From positions 32,001 to 96,000 of the forward strand of contig CAWHEP010000005.1 of the NCBI GenBank assembly GCA_963828525.1: a stretch of DNA of 64,000 bases, read 5' to 3'. The stretch is from an uncultured Verrucomicrobiae bacterium. GTDB taxonomy: Bacteria > Verrucomicrobiota > Verrucomicrobiia > Chthoniobacterales > Chthoniobacteraceae. The translations under genes and the position numbers were made by a program. Shown here one piece after another: positions 12,358 to 24,229 of the stretch (within the stretch, counting starts at the first letter, position 1; each line of letters begins with the position of its first letter). Under the pieces are notes generated by a model that saw nothing but the letters and a program-made list of their open reading frames with translations, was not told where the DNA came from and made no database searches.

Positions 12358-13904
12358 CTTACCCATGAAAAAACTCCGCGACGTTGCGTCCTCCTCGTTC
12401 CCAGGTTGCACAGGGAGGCGACCCTTTCGCACAAGCCGTGCTGGGTTTTCTTCGCGCTTCAGCGCCTCCGCGTTAAAATTACCCCTCCTCTTGTTCTTTC
12501 TCGGCAGCTACTGCAACGCCGCGATCATAGTCACGGGTCCTCCGGATGAAAGCATTCCCTCCCGCCACATTACCGTGCCCTCTCCCAAAACAGAGGCGGT
12601 GCCAGCGGCTCCCCAAACCGATTTGCTCCAGTTCCTCAACAAGGACGCGCTGCACGGCTCACTGGTCGAGATCGATCCCAAAGCAGGCGTCCGCTGGCTG
12701 ACTCCGGAAGCGAAAGCGCCCATCGACTTCAGCGCGGCAAAGACTCTCCCTTGTCAAGCTCGCGCCCCATAAGCTGAAGCCGCCAGTCATCAAGGATGCG
12801 TTTAGCGTTCGCCTCACCAATGACGACGAACTTCTGGGTACCCTCGGCGCTCTCGGCGCTGAAAAACTTCAACTGGAAACCTGGTACGCCGGCAAGCTCT
12901 CCATCCCCCGTTCGATGATCAAAAGCATCACACCGGTTCAAACCAATATCGCCTCCCTCTACGAAGGCCCCACCGGCCTTGAAGGCTGGACGAACGGAAA
13001 CCAGGAAAATGGGTGGAAATACAAGGACGGCACGTTCTACACACACAATAATGGAATCCTCGGACGCGACTTCAAACTCCCGGACATGTCGAACATAGAG
13101 TTCGACATGGGCTGGGCGGGCTATCTCCAGATCGTCATCAGCGTTTATACCGACCAGACCGAGAACTACGGCGGGAACTGCTACATCCTGCAGATGAACA
13201 ACAACTACGTCTATCTCGAGCGGATGCGGCGCAACAGCGGCTCCAGCAACCTCGGCCAAACCGAACTCCAAAGCCTCATGCAGCGCAGCAAGGCGCGCAT
13301 CGGCATTCGCGTTAACAAACAGGCCAAGACCATCTCGCTCCTTGTGGACGGCACGATGGCGAAGCAGTGGACGGATCGCGGCGACTTCGCCGGAGCGGGT
13401 GGCGGGGTTGCATTCTATTCCCAAGGGCGGGGATTGATCAAAATCAGCAATGTGAGGATCACCGCTTGGGACGGCAAATTCGAAGAGAACAAAAAGCCGG
13501 ATGACAAGTCCTCGGAGGACACGATAAAACTCGCCAATCAGGATAAAGTGTCCGGCTCCTTAAAATCCATCGAGAAAGGAGTAGCCATCCTCGCCTCCAG
13601 CTACGCGACCCTGAAAATCCCGGTCGAGCGCATCGAGGAAATCGACATTGCAGGCAAAAACGCGGATCAAGCCCGGCACGTCCCGGGAGATGTCCGCGCC
13701 TTTTTCACGGGCCGCGGCACCGTCACCCTCTCTGTCGAGAAGTGGGATGAGAAGCAATTGATCGGCTCCAGTCCGAATTTTGGGCGCGTTACTTTCGCGC
13801 CGGCGGCCTTCGACCGGCTTCAGTTCAACCTTGACCAGCAGGCGCAAAACAGCGAAGACCCGGACAGCGACGCCGAACCCGATCCGGATCAGGCCGCCCG
13901 TTAG
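12347..13904 (+). CDS. Conserved secreted hypothetical protein (frameshift near 12750)
   Basis: ORFs 12347-12772 and 12915-13904 join. Repeated LxNxDxxxG motifs. Overlaps the stop of the upstream gene. Confidence 0.6.
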
Positions 13905-13944
13905 GCAACCCTGGCCCCCAAAGCCGCACCCTTTTAGACCGTCC

Positions 13945-15389
13945 ATGACTATCGAAACCATCTCTCCTGAGCAAACATCCGATCCCACCGCTCCAGTTGA
14001 AGAAACCTCCGTCCCGACGGAGCAAACTTCAAATGCACCCGAACTCGCTCTCGAAATGCAGGATGCCGGAGAGGCCCGCATCGTAAATAGCGCTCCTTCC
14101 GCGGCAGAGACCGCCGCCTCGGAAGCGGCGAGCGCTGCCTCCTTGAAGGAACTCCTCCTGGGCACCAAGCCCAAGGTGCTCGCCAGCGCGGAGACAATGA
14201 TCGGCCTGCCCTGGATAGTTGGCGTCACAGCCGTCGTTGAGGCGTGGCCGGACATGAAGCCCGCCTCCCGCAAGAATTTCCTCGTGGCGCTCGCCGCGCA
14301 GCAAACCGAGCCTGCGCGCCGCTTTCGTCTGAGTCTGGGAAGGGGAATGCTGCCCCACGACGCAGGCGCGGCCCTCGCTCTCATAGCCTCGGTATGTGCC
14401 GAGATGATCGAATCCGGGAACGGCGTTCCCTCCCAAAAGGATCGCCAAATCTTCGCCAACGTTCTCATCGGGAAGGGCAAGCCTTGGCTCCTCCACCTGC
14501 CTCTCGGCGAAATCGAAGATCGGAAAAGGTGTGCTCGATCACACATTGCGCCATCGTCACCTGCTTCCCCGGCCAATGTCCTCCCCTCACACAGTGTTCA
14601 GTCCTGCGCTGGATAGGTGCCGCCGAAAAGCTCGCTGCCCTCCCGAAGAATTGCTGCAGGCTGCGCGAAAGCTGTCAAGCGCTGGCACCCGAAGTTGCAA
14701 GCTGAACTCAAGTCGGGCGTCCCTGCTGCTGCCCCCGATGCTTGAGGAAGCGCTTGCTCGGCAGGCCCGCTCCCGAGCCACGTCCGAGACACAGCCTCAC
14801 CCGAAGCTGCCCCCGACAGGAACCACCTCCCAGATCGGCTCTCCCGAAACGACGCGTCCTGCCACCTTATCCACAGCCGCCCGCCCGCGTGGTGCAAACC
14901 GGATTCGATCTTGTCTCCTCTTGCGCCAAATCGAAGCGCACGTGAACAGCCTGCGCTCCGACCTAAACCACGCCCGAACCGAACTGCGCCGGCAGGCCGA
15001 ACGCCGTCCCTGCCCGAGGGCCGGGGCAGGGATCGCCGCCGCTCCTCATCCGATGAACGCCAGCAGTAGAAGCCGCGGATGTCGAGGAACTCCGCCGCCA
15101 CAATCAGCAGCTTGTCGAGACGGTCGCCGAGTTAAGCGGCCAGCTTGAAGAAATTGCGGCGGACCACGAAGACCTGGCGGCCAGCATGCAGGCCCATGAT
15201 GAGGCCCCGCTCGCAAATGAGAAGGAGCAGTTCCGCCTGATGCTGGGCATCAAGTTGCGCGAACAATTATTCCCAGTTCCAAACAATGGAAAAGAGCCGG
15301 CCGACGAAGTTTTTCGCGAGCATTACCGCATGCTCCTCCGCGAGGTATTTGAGGTGCTTGGAAAGCAGGGCGTAACCTTCAAGTCCTAG
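13945..15389 (+). CDS. Hypothetical protein with C-terminal coiled coil (frameshifted)
   Basis: Protein-like segments in successive frames from MTIETISPEQ to EVLGKQGVTFKS*. Confidence 0.5.
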
Positions 15390-15547
15390 GCGTTTTCTGC
15401 CGCTGTGATTCCCCCTTTCTAAAGCGAATGGCCTTGATTCTGCTTTCAAAATCCGGATTAGCGAATCTGCAGGCAATCAACCAGCTGAGGTTGCGCGAGC
15501 TTTTATTCGTCACCTAGAATATTCATTACCCCTATTACCCCTGGATT

Positions 15548-16534
15548 ATGTTTGTGCCCTCCAACTCGTTGTTTCCACTCCGCGCCGGAATGTGCGTCGC
15601 GATGCTCGCCTTCGCGCTCTCTCCTTGCTCAGACGCTCTTACGATTGATGCCAACTACGACAGTTCGATCACGAGTCTTTCCAATGCGGCGCAAGTTGAG
15701 AATGCATTTTCCTACGCGGCGCAGCAGTTCGATAACCGTTTCTCAGATCCGATCACTTTAAATATTACGGTTTCGGCCGGAACGACGGGGCTCGGAAACA
15801 GTCTCACCCAGCTAGTGGGCACCCTCAGTTACAGCGAGATGAAAAGCGCGCTTGCGAGCGATGCGAAGGACGCCAACGATGCGAGTGCTGTCGCGACCTT
15901 GGGCAATACCGACCCTACCGGCGGGGGGAACTTTCTGGTATCGACTGCTGAAGGCCGGGCGCTGGGGCTTCTCAGCGGCACATCGAACGACGGCACTTTT
16001 ACCTTCAACAAGAATTTGGGTTATTCATTCGACCCCGCTCACCGCGCGGTGGCTGGCCAGTACGATTTTATAGGAGTCGCGGAACACGAGATTTCAGAGA
16101 TCATGGGGCGCATTTCGCTTTTGGGCAAAACTCTCGGCTCGGGTACGAACGCGATCTCAAACTCGTATGTTCCGTATGATCTCTTCCGATACACTGCCGC
16201 GAACACACGAGCTCTTACGGATGCGAGTGGGGTGTATTTCTCGGTAAATAGCGGGACGACGAACCTGCGGAACTTCAACTTCGCGAATGGCAACGGCAGC
16301 GATCCGCAGGACTGGGCCAGCAACCAGGGGCCTGATTCTTTCAACGCTTTTGAGTCTCAGGGAACGGAAGCGGACATAACACCCGTGGATAACGTCGCGC
16401 TCGACGTCATTGGCTACGACTTGATCATTCCCGAGCCTCGGACTTGGTTTGCTCTCGGCGCTGCTCTTGGTGGCATTCTCCTCCTGGCGTCTGGCGCGCG
16501 GGCGCGACGCAAGGCTCCGTCGTTCGTGTCGTAG
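15548..16534 (+). CDS. Secreted metalloprotease-like protein (NF038122-like) with PEP-CTERM sorting signal
   Basis: Signal peptide, YDFIGVAEHEISEIMGR, DLFRY, DVIGYD, and C-terminal IPEP + TM + RARRK. Confidence 0.8.
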   Translation: MFVPSNSLFPLRAGMCVAMLAFALSPCSDALTIDANYDSSITSLSNAAQVENAFSYAAQQFDNRFSDPITLNITVSAGTTGLGNSLTQLVGTLSYSEMKSALASDAKDANDASAVATLGNTDPTGGGNFLVSTAEGRALGLLSGTSNDGTFTFNKNLGYSFDPAHRAVAGQYDFIGVAEHEISEIMGRISLLGKTLGSGTNAISNSYVPYDLFRYTAANTRALTDASGVYFSVNSGTTNLRNFNFANGNGSDPQDWASNQGPDSFNAFESQGTEADITPVDNVALDVIGYDLIIPEPRTWFALGAALGGILLLASGARARRKAPSFVS

Positions 16535-16561
16535 AACCCTGGCGGGCCTTCCGCCTGTGTT

Positions 16562-17092
16562 TTATTGAGTGCCCTTGCTAGCTGCCGCCGCCTTGAAAAA
16601 AGCATCATTTCCGCCAGCGTCCGCGCTGTCATGCGGAGCCGGTTTGTAGAAGGTCCCCAGCTCTTTGATGAAGGCGTTTGCTCCTCCTTCAAGGTAGCCG
16701 ACTTGCTCGCCGAGCTTCTTTTCGTCTTTGCTTAGCAGGATGAAAGTGGGATAGCCGCTCGCGGAAAAGCGGCTTTGCAGTTCGGCATTCTGTTTCTTGA
16801 CCGCGGACGTCTGGGGCTTCTCTTGCGGGAAATCCACCTCTACAAGGATGAGGTTCTTCGCGGCGTATTGTTTAAACTGGGGCGTGTCCAGCGCCTCCTT
16901 CTTCATCCTGATGCACCAGCCGCACCAGTCGGAACCCGTGAAATCGAGGAGGATCGGCTTATTCTCCGCTTTCGCCTGCTGAAGCGCTTTCGCGTAATCG
17001 GTCAACCAGCCACCTGACTCGGCGGAAGCATGGGTGAGCAGGCCACCCAGAAGGAGTGTGATCACGAGGGGGAACTTGCTTTGTATTCTCAT
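16562..17092 (-). CDS. Exported thioredoxin-family protein
   Basis: Signal peptide, FTGSDWCGWC and GYPT. Confidence 0.9.
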   Translation of the reverse strand: MRIQSKFPLVITLLLGGLLTHASAESGGWLTDYAKALQQAKAENKPILLDFTGSDWCGWCIRMKKEALDTPQFKQYAAKNLILVEVDFPQEKPQTSAVKKQNAELQSRFSASGYPTFILLSKDEKKLGEQVGYLEGGANAFIKELGTFYKPAPHDSADAGGNDAFFKAAAASKGTQ

Positions 17093-17151
17093 GCCTGAAC
17101 GATAGACGCCTGCCGTCGCCGGTCAAACGCCTTGCCGGGAAAGGCCGTTGT

Positions 17152-19521
17152 TTACTGAACGCTGGATGCGGCCCACTTCCAGTTACGAATCTCAGGCAGA
17201 TCCTCACCGTTGGCGCGGATATACTCTTTGTGTTCAATGAGTTTGTCCTGGAGATGCTGTTTCAGGTAGGCGCTTCTGCCGTCCCCATGCGGCAACCGAT
17301 TAATCGTGTCCAACGCAAGATGGAAGCGATCCAGTTCGTTTAGCACCGTCATATCGAACGGTGTCGTAATCGTTCCTTCTTCCTTGTAGCCGCGAACATG
17401 CAGGTTCCTGTGGTTCGTCCTGCGGTAAGTAAGCCGGTGGATCAACCATGGATAGGCATGGAAAGCAAAGATGATCGGCTTGTCGCTGGTAAACAGGTCA
17501 TCGAAATCCCTGTCGCTCAGACCATGTGGATGCTCCAGGCAGGGCTGCAGCTTCATGAGATCGACTACGTTGACGACCCGGATTTTCAACTCGGGCAGAT
17601 GCTCGCGCAGGATGGAGACGGCGGCGAGCGTCTCAAGGGTTGGGACATCGCCGCAACAGGCCATCACTACGTCAGGAGCAACGCCGCCGTCGTTGCTGGC
17701 CCACTCCCAAATTCCGATACCGCGCGTGCAATGTCTTACCGCTTCTTCCATCGTCAGCCACTGCGGCGCCGGGTGTTTGCCCGCTATTACGACGTTTACG
17801 TAATGCCGGCTCAGCAAACAATGATTCATTACCGAAAGCAGACAGTTGGCGTCGGGCGGCAGATACACCCGGACGATCTCCGCCTTCTTGTTGACGACAT
17901 GATCGATAAAGCCAGGATCCTGATGCGTGAAGCCATTGTGATCCTGACGCCACACATGCGAAGCCAGCAGGTAATTCAGTGAAGCGATCTTTCTGCGCCA
18001 AGGCAGTTGAGCCGTGATTTTCAGCCACTTCGCGTGCTGGTTGAACATCGAGTCGATGATGTGAATAAACGCTTCGTAGCAGTTGAAAAGACCATGGCGC
18101 CCAGTGAGGAGATAGCCTTCCAGCCAGCCCTCGCATTGGTGCTCGCTCAGCATTTCCATCACTCGTCCGCTCGTGGCCAGGAACTCGTCATCCGGTTGCA
18201 CGGCGGCGTTCCATTGCCGCTGCGTCGTCTCGAACACTGCTTCGAGTCCATTCGACATGGTCTCGTCCGGGCCAAATAGCCGGAAGTTCCGCTGCTCGGC
18301 ATTTAGTCGAGCGACATCGCGCAGGAAGGGCCCAAGGATATGTGTATCGCCTTTGCCCGGTGTGCCTGGAAACGGAACTTCCAGCGCGTAGTCTCGGAAA
18401 TTCGGCATCCTCAGATCGCGCAACAGCATGCCTCCATTGGCCCGCGGGTTTGATCCCATGCGGCGGTCCCCGCGCGGAGCCAGTTCTGCGAGTTCCGGCT
18501 TCAGGCGGCCCTTTTCGTCGAACAATTCCTCGGGATGGTAGCTCCTGAGCCAGTCCTCCAGTTGCGCGAGGTGCTCGGGATGGGTTGCGGGATCCGAAAG
18601 CGGCACTTGGTGCGCGTGGAATGTCCCCTCGACCCGCGCTCCGTCCACCATCTTTGGGCCTGTCCACCCTTTGGGCGAATTTAGGATAATCATCGGCCAG
18701 CGGGGCCGTGTGGAGTTGCCGTGCTCTCGCGCCTGCTCCTGAATCTGCCTGATCTGCCCAACCGCCATATCCAGCGCCGAAGCCATCGCCTCATGCATGA
18801 ACGCCGGTTCGTGACCCTCCACAAAGTAGGGAGTCCAGCCGTAGCCGCGGAAGAGCTGTTCCAGTTCTTCCCTCGTGATCCGGGCGAGCAGTGTAGGGTT
18901 TGAAATTTTATAGCCGTTGAGATGCAGGATCGGGAGCACAGCCCCGTCCGTCGCGGCGTTCAAAAATTTGTTGGAATGCCAGGCAGTAGCCAGCGGACCT
19001 GTCTCCGCTTCGCCATCGCCCACGACGCAAGCCACGATCAACTCGGGGTTATCGAACACAGCCCCAAACGAGTGGCTCAAGGAATACCCAAGCTCCCCTC
19101 CTTCGTGGATTGATCCCGGAGTCTCGGGAGACGCGTGGCTTGGTATGCCCCCCGGGAAAGAAAACTGGGTGAAAAGCTTGCGAAGCCCTGCCTCGTCCTG
19201 GCTGATGTTTGGATACACCTCGCTATATGTTCCTTCTAGATAGGTATTGCCAACAACGGCTGGCCCGCCATGTCCAGGCCCGGAAACGTAGATCATGTCC
19301 GCGTCGAATTTCCGGATCACTCGATTCAGATGCACGTAGATGAAGTTCTGACCCGGAGTGGTGCCCCAGTGCCCCAGGAGCATGTGTTTTATATCGCCCA
19401 GCGCGAGCGGGCGCTTTAGCAGCGGATTATCGCGCAGGTATATCTGACCGACCGCAATGTAGTTAGCCGCCCGCCAGTAGGCATCCATCCTCTTGAGCAA
19501 CTCGTCGGTTAGCGTGTTCAT
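17152..19521 (-). CDS. xfp: Xylulose-5-P/fructose-6-P phosphoketolase
   Basis: [27 protein letters not shown] and [13 protein letters not shown]; 789 aa. Confidence 0.97.
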   Translation of the reverse strand: MNTLTDELLKRMDAYWRAANYIAVGQIYLRDNPLLKRPLALGDIKHMLLGHWGTTPGQNFIYVHLNRVIRKFDADMIYVSGPGHGGPAVVGNTYLEGTYSEVYPNISQDEAGLRKLFTQFSFPGGIPSHASPETPGSIHEGGELGYSLSHSFGAVFDNPELIVACVVGDGEAETGPLATAWHSNKFLNAATDGAVLPILHLNGYKISNPTLLARITREELEQLFRGYGWTPYFVEGHEPAFMHEAMASALDMAVGQIRQIQEQAREHGNSTRPRWPMIILNSPKGWTGPKMVDGARVEGTFHAHQVPLSDPATHPEHLAQLEDWLRSYHPEELFDEKGRLKPELAELAPRGDRRMGSNPRANGGMLLRDLRMPNFRDYALEVPFPGTPGKGDTHILGPFLRDVARLNAEQRNFRLFGPDETMSNGLEAVFETTQRQWNAAVQPDDEFLATSGRVMEMLSEHQCEGWLEGYLLTGRHGLFNCYEAFIHIIDSMFNQHAKWLKITAQLPWRRKIASLNYLLASHVWRQDHNGFTHQDPGFIDHVVNKKAEIVRVYLPPDANCLLSVMNHCLLSRHYVNVVIAGKHPAPQWLTMEEAVRHCTRGIGIWEWASNDGGVAPDVVMACCGDVPTLETLAAVSILREHLPELKIRVVNVVDLMKLQPCLEHPHGLSDRDFDDLFTSDKPIIFAFHAYPWLIHRLTYRRTNHRNLHVRGYKEEGTITTPFDMTVLNELDRFHLALDTINRLPHGDGRSAYLKQHLQDKLIEHKEYIRANGEDLPEIRNWKWAASSVQ

Positions 19522-19611
19522 TTGGATCAGGTCTTATTATGGCAAACACTCATTGGTTAAGTTGTATGAATAGGGGTAAACCCCCCTCAGCGCGAGTAGG
19601 CATTTAAACCG

Positions 19612-20482
19612 CTATTTCTCGAGCCGCTTTCTAATCAACAGCAATTCCTTGCGGCGATCCTTCCCGGTTTCGGGGTAGCGCATGTCAAGTCCAGTTAGCG
19701 CCCCCAATAGTATTTCTGAAATGATGAGTCGCGCGTTCAGCTTGTCATCGGCCGGTACTGACATGCCATGGCGCCTCGCGGGTGCTGGTTGCTTCCAGGC
19801 ACGCTTCATAGGCCTTCATATATCTGCTCCAGAGCTTGCGCTCTTCGATGTCGGCAAGACTAAACTTCCAGTTCTTGTCCGGCTCATCGATACGGCTCAG
19901 AAATCGTTTGCGCTGCTCTTCTTTCGATAGGTGGAGGAAAAACTTGATCACGAGCGTTGCATTGCGCGCGAGGTGATTCTCAAGCTGCGAGATGGAGCGG
20001 TAGCGATCCCGCCAAAATGCCCGCTTTGCGATCAATCCCGACGAAAAACCCCGCGCTTTGAGAATGTCGGGATGAACGCGGGTGATTAATACCTCTTCGT
20101 AGTAGGATCGGTTGAAAATACCGATCCTTCCCCGCTCTGGCAGACAGCGCGTTGTGCGCCAGAGGAAATCGTGTTGAAGTTCCTCCACGCTCGGCTGCTT
20201 GAAGCTGAAAACCTGGCAACCTTGGGGATTGATCCCCGACATCACGTGCTGGATCGCGCCATCCTTCCCGGCTGCATCCATTGCCTGGAATATCAGCAGC
20301 ACTGAGTGGCTGTCGGATGCGTAAAGGAGTTTCTGCATCGCGCTCAAGTTCCTGACGCTGTGCTTCAAATGCTTCTTGTAATCTTTTTCCGAGTCGTAGA
20401 ACGGCTTCACGATTGTAGGCCATTCATCGAGCTTCACCTTCTTGCCCACTGGCACTTGGAAACTCCGGGAGTCGATTTTCAT
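19612..20482 (-). CDS. ppk2: Polyphosphate kinase 2 family (frameshift near 19757)
   Basis: [20 protein letters not shown] and KNWKFS. The C-terminus [13 protein letters not shown] is in the adjacent frame. Confidence 0.92.
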
Positions 20483-20504
20483 ATCGGATGCATGGCCTTG
20501 CTTT

Positions 20505-21698
20505 CTACCGCGCCACCAGATTCAACAGGTTCGCCACGGAGCGGGCGATCATCAGTTCCTCATTCGTGGGGATTACCCGCACCTGAACGCGGCCTCCCTC
20601 GGCTGAGATAACTTGCGCGCCTTCTGCGTTGCGCTTGTGGTCAATGTTAATCCCAAGGAAACCGAGATCCTGGCAAATCTGCTGGCGTATGACAGGCGCG
20701 TTCTCGCCAATGCCGCCGGAAAATACGAGTATGTCGAGTCCGCCCAGCGCCGCCGCGAAGGAGCCGATCCATTTCCGGGCCTGGTAGCAGAACAGCTCAA
20801 CAGCCTCCCTGGCCCGAGCATCCCCGTCCGCGGCTAGCAAGTCGCGGATATCGGAACTTGTCTCTGAGATACCGAGCATTCCCGACTCGTGATTCACCAT
20901 GTGGTTGAATTCTTGTGGCGTCATCCCCTCGGATTCTGTGAAATAGTGAAACAAACCTGGGTCGAGGTCGCCGGAGCGCGCGCCCATTACCAGACCCGCC
21001 GTGGGTGTGAAACTCATGCTCGTATCAACAGGCTTTCCTTCATGAACCGCCGCCATGCTCGCGCCGTTCCCAAGGTGGGCCAGGATCACACGGCCTCCGG
21101 CTGCGCGCGACCCAGCGATGCTGCCGAGTTCCTCCATTAAATACTCATACGACAACCCGTGGAAGCCATACTTTCGCACCCCCTGCGCTTCGTATCGGCG
21201 TGGGATTGGCAGCAACCGCGCCACCCGGGGGAGATCGTGGTGGAACGCTGTGTCGAAGCACGCCGCTTGTCGCGCGTGGGGCAGAGCTTCGCGGAATGCT
21301 TCGATCAGCGCGACCTCTCCTGGCAAGTGCTCGGGGTCGAGCGGACTCAAGCGGCGCAGTTCTGCGATCATCTCCTCGGAAATCTCTTCCGGGTTCCAGT
21401 AACGGGGGCCTCCATGCACGATTCGATGCCCAACGGCTTCGGGCGCCTCGGCGCGCGTTCGTTCGCCGATAAACTCCACAAGAGCTCTCGCTGCGGCGCG
21501 GTGGTTCTTTGCTTCCAGAGGACGCGTAACCGCTTCCGAATCATCCGCTCCCTGCGAGCGCAAGCTGCTCCCAAGCTGCCCTATCCTTTCCATCGCGCCG
21601 CGAAGCAGGGGGCTGGAACCTCCGGCCTGGAAAAGCGCGAACTTTATGCTGGATGAACCGCCGTTCACCGTAAGGATGAGCGGCGATCCGCTGTTCAT
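20505..21698 (-). CDS. ackA: Acetate/propionate kinase
   Basis: [43 protein letters not shown] and TNEE. Confidence 0.95.
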   Translation of the reverse strand: MNSGSPLILTVNGGSSSIKFALFQAGGSSPLLRGAMERIGQLGSSLRSQGADDSEAVTRPLEAKNHRAAARALVEFIGERTRAEAPEAVGHRIVHGGPRYWNPEEISEEMIAELRRLSPLDPEHLPGEVALIEAFREALPHARQAACFDTAFHHDLPRVARLLPIPRRYEAQGVRKYGFHGLSYEYLMEELGSIAGSRAAGGRVILAHLGNGASMAAVHEGKPVDTSMSFTPTAGLVMGARSGDLDPGLFHYFTESEGMTPQEFNHMVNHESGMLGISETSSDIRDLLAADGDARAREAVELFCYQARKWIGSFAAALGGLDILVFSGGIGENAPVIRQQICQDLGFLGINIDHKRNAEGAQVISAEGGRVQVRVIPTNEELMIARSVANLLNLVAR

Positions 21699-21699
21699 C

Positions 21700-22323
21700 C
21701 TAGAGGTCGCTCGCCAACCCGAGGGAAGTAAGTTGCGCGCGTGTCGAAGCTTCGTCCTTGTGGATAACGCCGTTGATTCCCATTCCCTCCGCAATTTGCA
21801 CAAACATGGGGGTGTTTTCTATGTAGGCAATCTGCTCGGGAGGCGTTTGCGAAAGATCCAAGGCAAGCTTGAAGAAGTCTGGATCCGGCTTCCGCAGATG
21901 CACAAAACACGACGAGACAAAGCAATCGACAAGCTCCGCTAGTCCGAAAGTTTTGATCCTGTGATCATTGAGCTCGCGCGCTTCGTTGCTCACCACAACA
22001 ATCTTCAACCCGTGCTTCCTCTTCAATGCGCGTATGTAAGCGATCATCTGCGGGTAAGGCTTGGACTGGGCAAAAATAAATTCCCTAAAATCCGCGCGGG
22101 TGAACGCCCGCTCCTTGAAGAAAACCACCCAGTCTAGATATTCCTCAAGGCTCAGCTTCCCGAGTTCGTACGTATCGAAAGCCTGGCCGTGCCTTGTTTC
22201 GATCTCATCGTGATTGAGCTGGAACTTTGCCGCGGCCGCGACGCGGGATGGGCGACTCCAGCCGTCGGTAAGCAGGACGCCGCCGATATCGACAAACAGA
22301 GTCTTGATCTCAGGCTGCTCCAT
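21700..22323 (-). CDS. HAD-superfamily hydrolase
   Basis: FVDIGGVLL, SN and RKPDP motifs. Confidence 0.85.
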   Translation of the reverse strand: MEQPEIKTLFVDIGGVLLTDGWSRPSRVAAAAKFQLNHDEIETRHGQAFDTYELGKLSLEEYLDWVVFFKERAFTRADFREFIFAQSKPYPQMIAYIRALKRKHGLKIVVVSNEARELNDHRIKTFGLAELVDCFVSSCFVHLRKPDPDFFKLALDLSQTPPEQIAYIENTPMFVQIAEGMGINGVIHKDEASTRAQLTSLGLASDL

Positions 22324-22363
22324 GCGCGTTATGGTAACTGAAGCTGCCGAAGATCGGAGCCCG

Positions 22364-23371
22364 TCAGCTCTCGCCTGAGTAGATTCCTTGAACGGCGAGG
22401 CTGTTGCGCTCTGCCCGGTGGCGCAATGCGGTTTGAGCCTTTGCCACATTGCTCTCCAATCCACGCCATGCCTCCAGCGCGGGAGCCTGCAACGCACGAC
22501 CGAACGAAAACGTCAGCTTCATCCCAGGGCTGCGGGTAGCGCAAATCGCATTCAGCCGTTCAGTCGCTTCCACGTCTCCCTGTCCGCCAGAGAGAAACAC
22601 AATCCCAGGCGCCGCTGCCGGCACGGAGCGCCTGAAGCAACGCAAAGTCGCGTCCGCGATTTCAGCCGGGCTGCTTTGCTCCGCGCATTGATCTCCAGGC
22701 AGCACCATGTTCGTCTTCAACAGCATGCCTTCCAGCTCCACTCGATGGCTTACGAGCGCCGCGAAAACAGAATCGAGCGTCTCACGAGTGACCTCTTCGC
22801 ACCGCGAGATGGTGTGCGGCCCCTCCATCATGATCTCGGGTTCCACAATGGGTACCAGCCCAGCCTCTTGACTCAACGCAGCAAACAGCGCGAGCGCCCC
22901 CGCGTTTGCGGTGATGCACTCGCGTGTGGGCAGGCCATCCCCCATCTCAATGACGGCGCGCCACTTCGTAAATCGCGCTCCCAGCTTCCTGTAAGCGGCG
23001 AGTCGCTCTCGCAGCCCATCCAGACCCTGCGTGATCTTTTCTCCTTTGAACCCGGGCAGTGGCACAGCTCCCATGTCCACCTTGATCCCGGGGATGATTC
23101 CTTGCCGCTCGAGAACCGCCGGGATCAGAGCGCCGCCTATTTCCTGGTGGATGGTCTCGTCGAACAGAATGATTCCGCTGATGAACTCGTTCAGTGTGGG
23201 CGTGGTAAACAGCATCTCGCGGTAAGCCCGCCGATTCTCCTCCGTGGATGGCAGCTTGTATTCCGCGAATCGCTTCTCGATGCTCGGGAAGCTCTCATCT
23301 GCCGCCAAAAGGCCCTTGCCTGGGGCGAGCAGCGCCTCCGCCGTTGTTTCAAGTTCGTCCATTGCAATCAT
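22364..23371 (-). CDS. Fructose-bisphosphate aldolase, class I
   Basis: GKGLLAADES, GIKVD, KWRAV, VPIVEPE, FLSGGQ and FSFGRALQ. Confidence 0.95.
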   Translation of the reverse strand: MIAMDELETTAEALLAPGKGLLAADESFPSIEKRFAEYKLPSTEENRRAYREMLFTTPTLNEFISGIILFDETIHQEIGGALIPAVLERQGIIPGIKVDMGAVPLPGFKGEKITQGLDGLRERLAAYRKLGARFTKWRAVIEMGDGLPTRECITANAGALALFAALSQEAGLVPIVEPEIMMEGPHTISRCEEVTRETLDSVFAALVSHRVELEGMLLKTNMVLPGDQCAEQSSPAEIADATLRCFRRSVPAAAPGIVFLSGGQGDVEATERLNAICATRSPGMKLTFSFGRALQAPALEAWRGLESNVAKAQTALRHRAERNSLAVQGIYSGES

Positions 23372-23431
23372 TCCCTACGTGTGTTCGTCTGGGCTCTTCC
23401 CGCCGGATGTCCAATTTGATGACCCGAGCGG

Positions 23432-24226
23432 TCAGAAGCCGATGCTAACTCCGCCATCCACCGGCAGCACCACCCCGGTTACGAATTTCGCTGCGTCTGA
23501 GCAAATATAGACCGCCGCCCACCCGATGTCCCGCGCTTCTCCGAAACGGTTCATCGGGGTGCGGCTAAGTATTTTAGCGGAGCGTGCCGGATCGTTCTGC
23601 AAAGCGTTTCGCATCATGGCGGAGTCGATCCAGCCCGGCGCGATGGCATTTACCCTCACCCCTTGGCCTGAAACCTCTGCGGCCAGCGCGCGCACCATGC
23701 CGATATAGGCGCTTTTCGCCGCGCTGTAGGCCAGCACGAGCGGGATACCGAATAGGGAAGCCATTGACGCGGTGAATAGTATATTCCCGTGCCCGCGCCG
23801 CAGCATTCCGGGGAGAACTGCGGCGGTGAGCGCGTGAGCTCCCAAGACGTGTGTCTTCAGGACTGATTCGAATTCCGCCATGGAAGTTTCCACCGCGGGT
23901 TTCTTCAAATGGATCCCCGCATTATTAACCAGGATAGAGACGGGAGATCCCGCCGTCTCTTCGGCTTTCCCGACGAAGTCCTCCGCAGCTGCGAAGTCGA
24001 GCACATCGTGGGCAAGTCCCACTGCGCTCGGCCCCAGTTGGCTCACGCTTTTCTCAATTTCATTAACGCGGCGTCCAACCAGGATCACCCGCGCGCCCGC
24101 CGCTACAAAACAGCGGGCCATTCCAAAGCCCAGGCCGGTGGCGCCTCCCGTGATGAGCGCGGTCTCCCCCTTCAGGGAAAAAGCGTCCGCAGCCTCCTTC
24201 GGGATCGGCGATTCAGAGGATTTCAT
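23432..24226 (-). CDS. SDR family oxidoreductase (KduD/GluconateDH-like)
   Basis: [17 protein letters not shown] and VNAIAPG. Confidence 0.9.
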   Translation of the reverse strand: MKSSESPIPKEAADAFSLKGETALITGGATGLGFGMARCFVAAGARVILVGRRVNEIEKSVSQLGPSAVGLAHDVLDFAAAEDFVGKAEETAGSPVSILVNNAGIHLKKPAVETSMAEFESVLKTHVLGAHALTAAVLPGMLRRGHGNILFTASMASLFGIPLVLAYSAAKSAYIGMVRALAAEVSGQGVRVNAIAPGWIDSAMMRNALQNDPARSAKILSRTPMNRFGEARDIGWAAVYICSDAAKFVTGVVLPVDGGVSIGF

Positions 24227-24229
24227 GGT

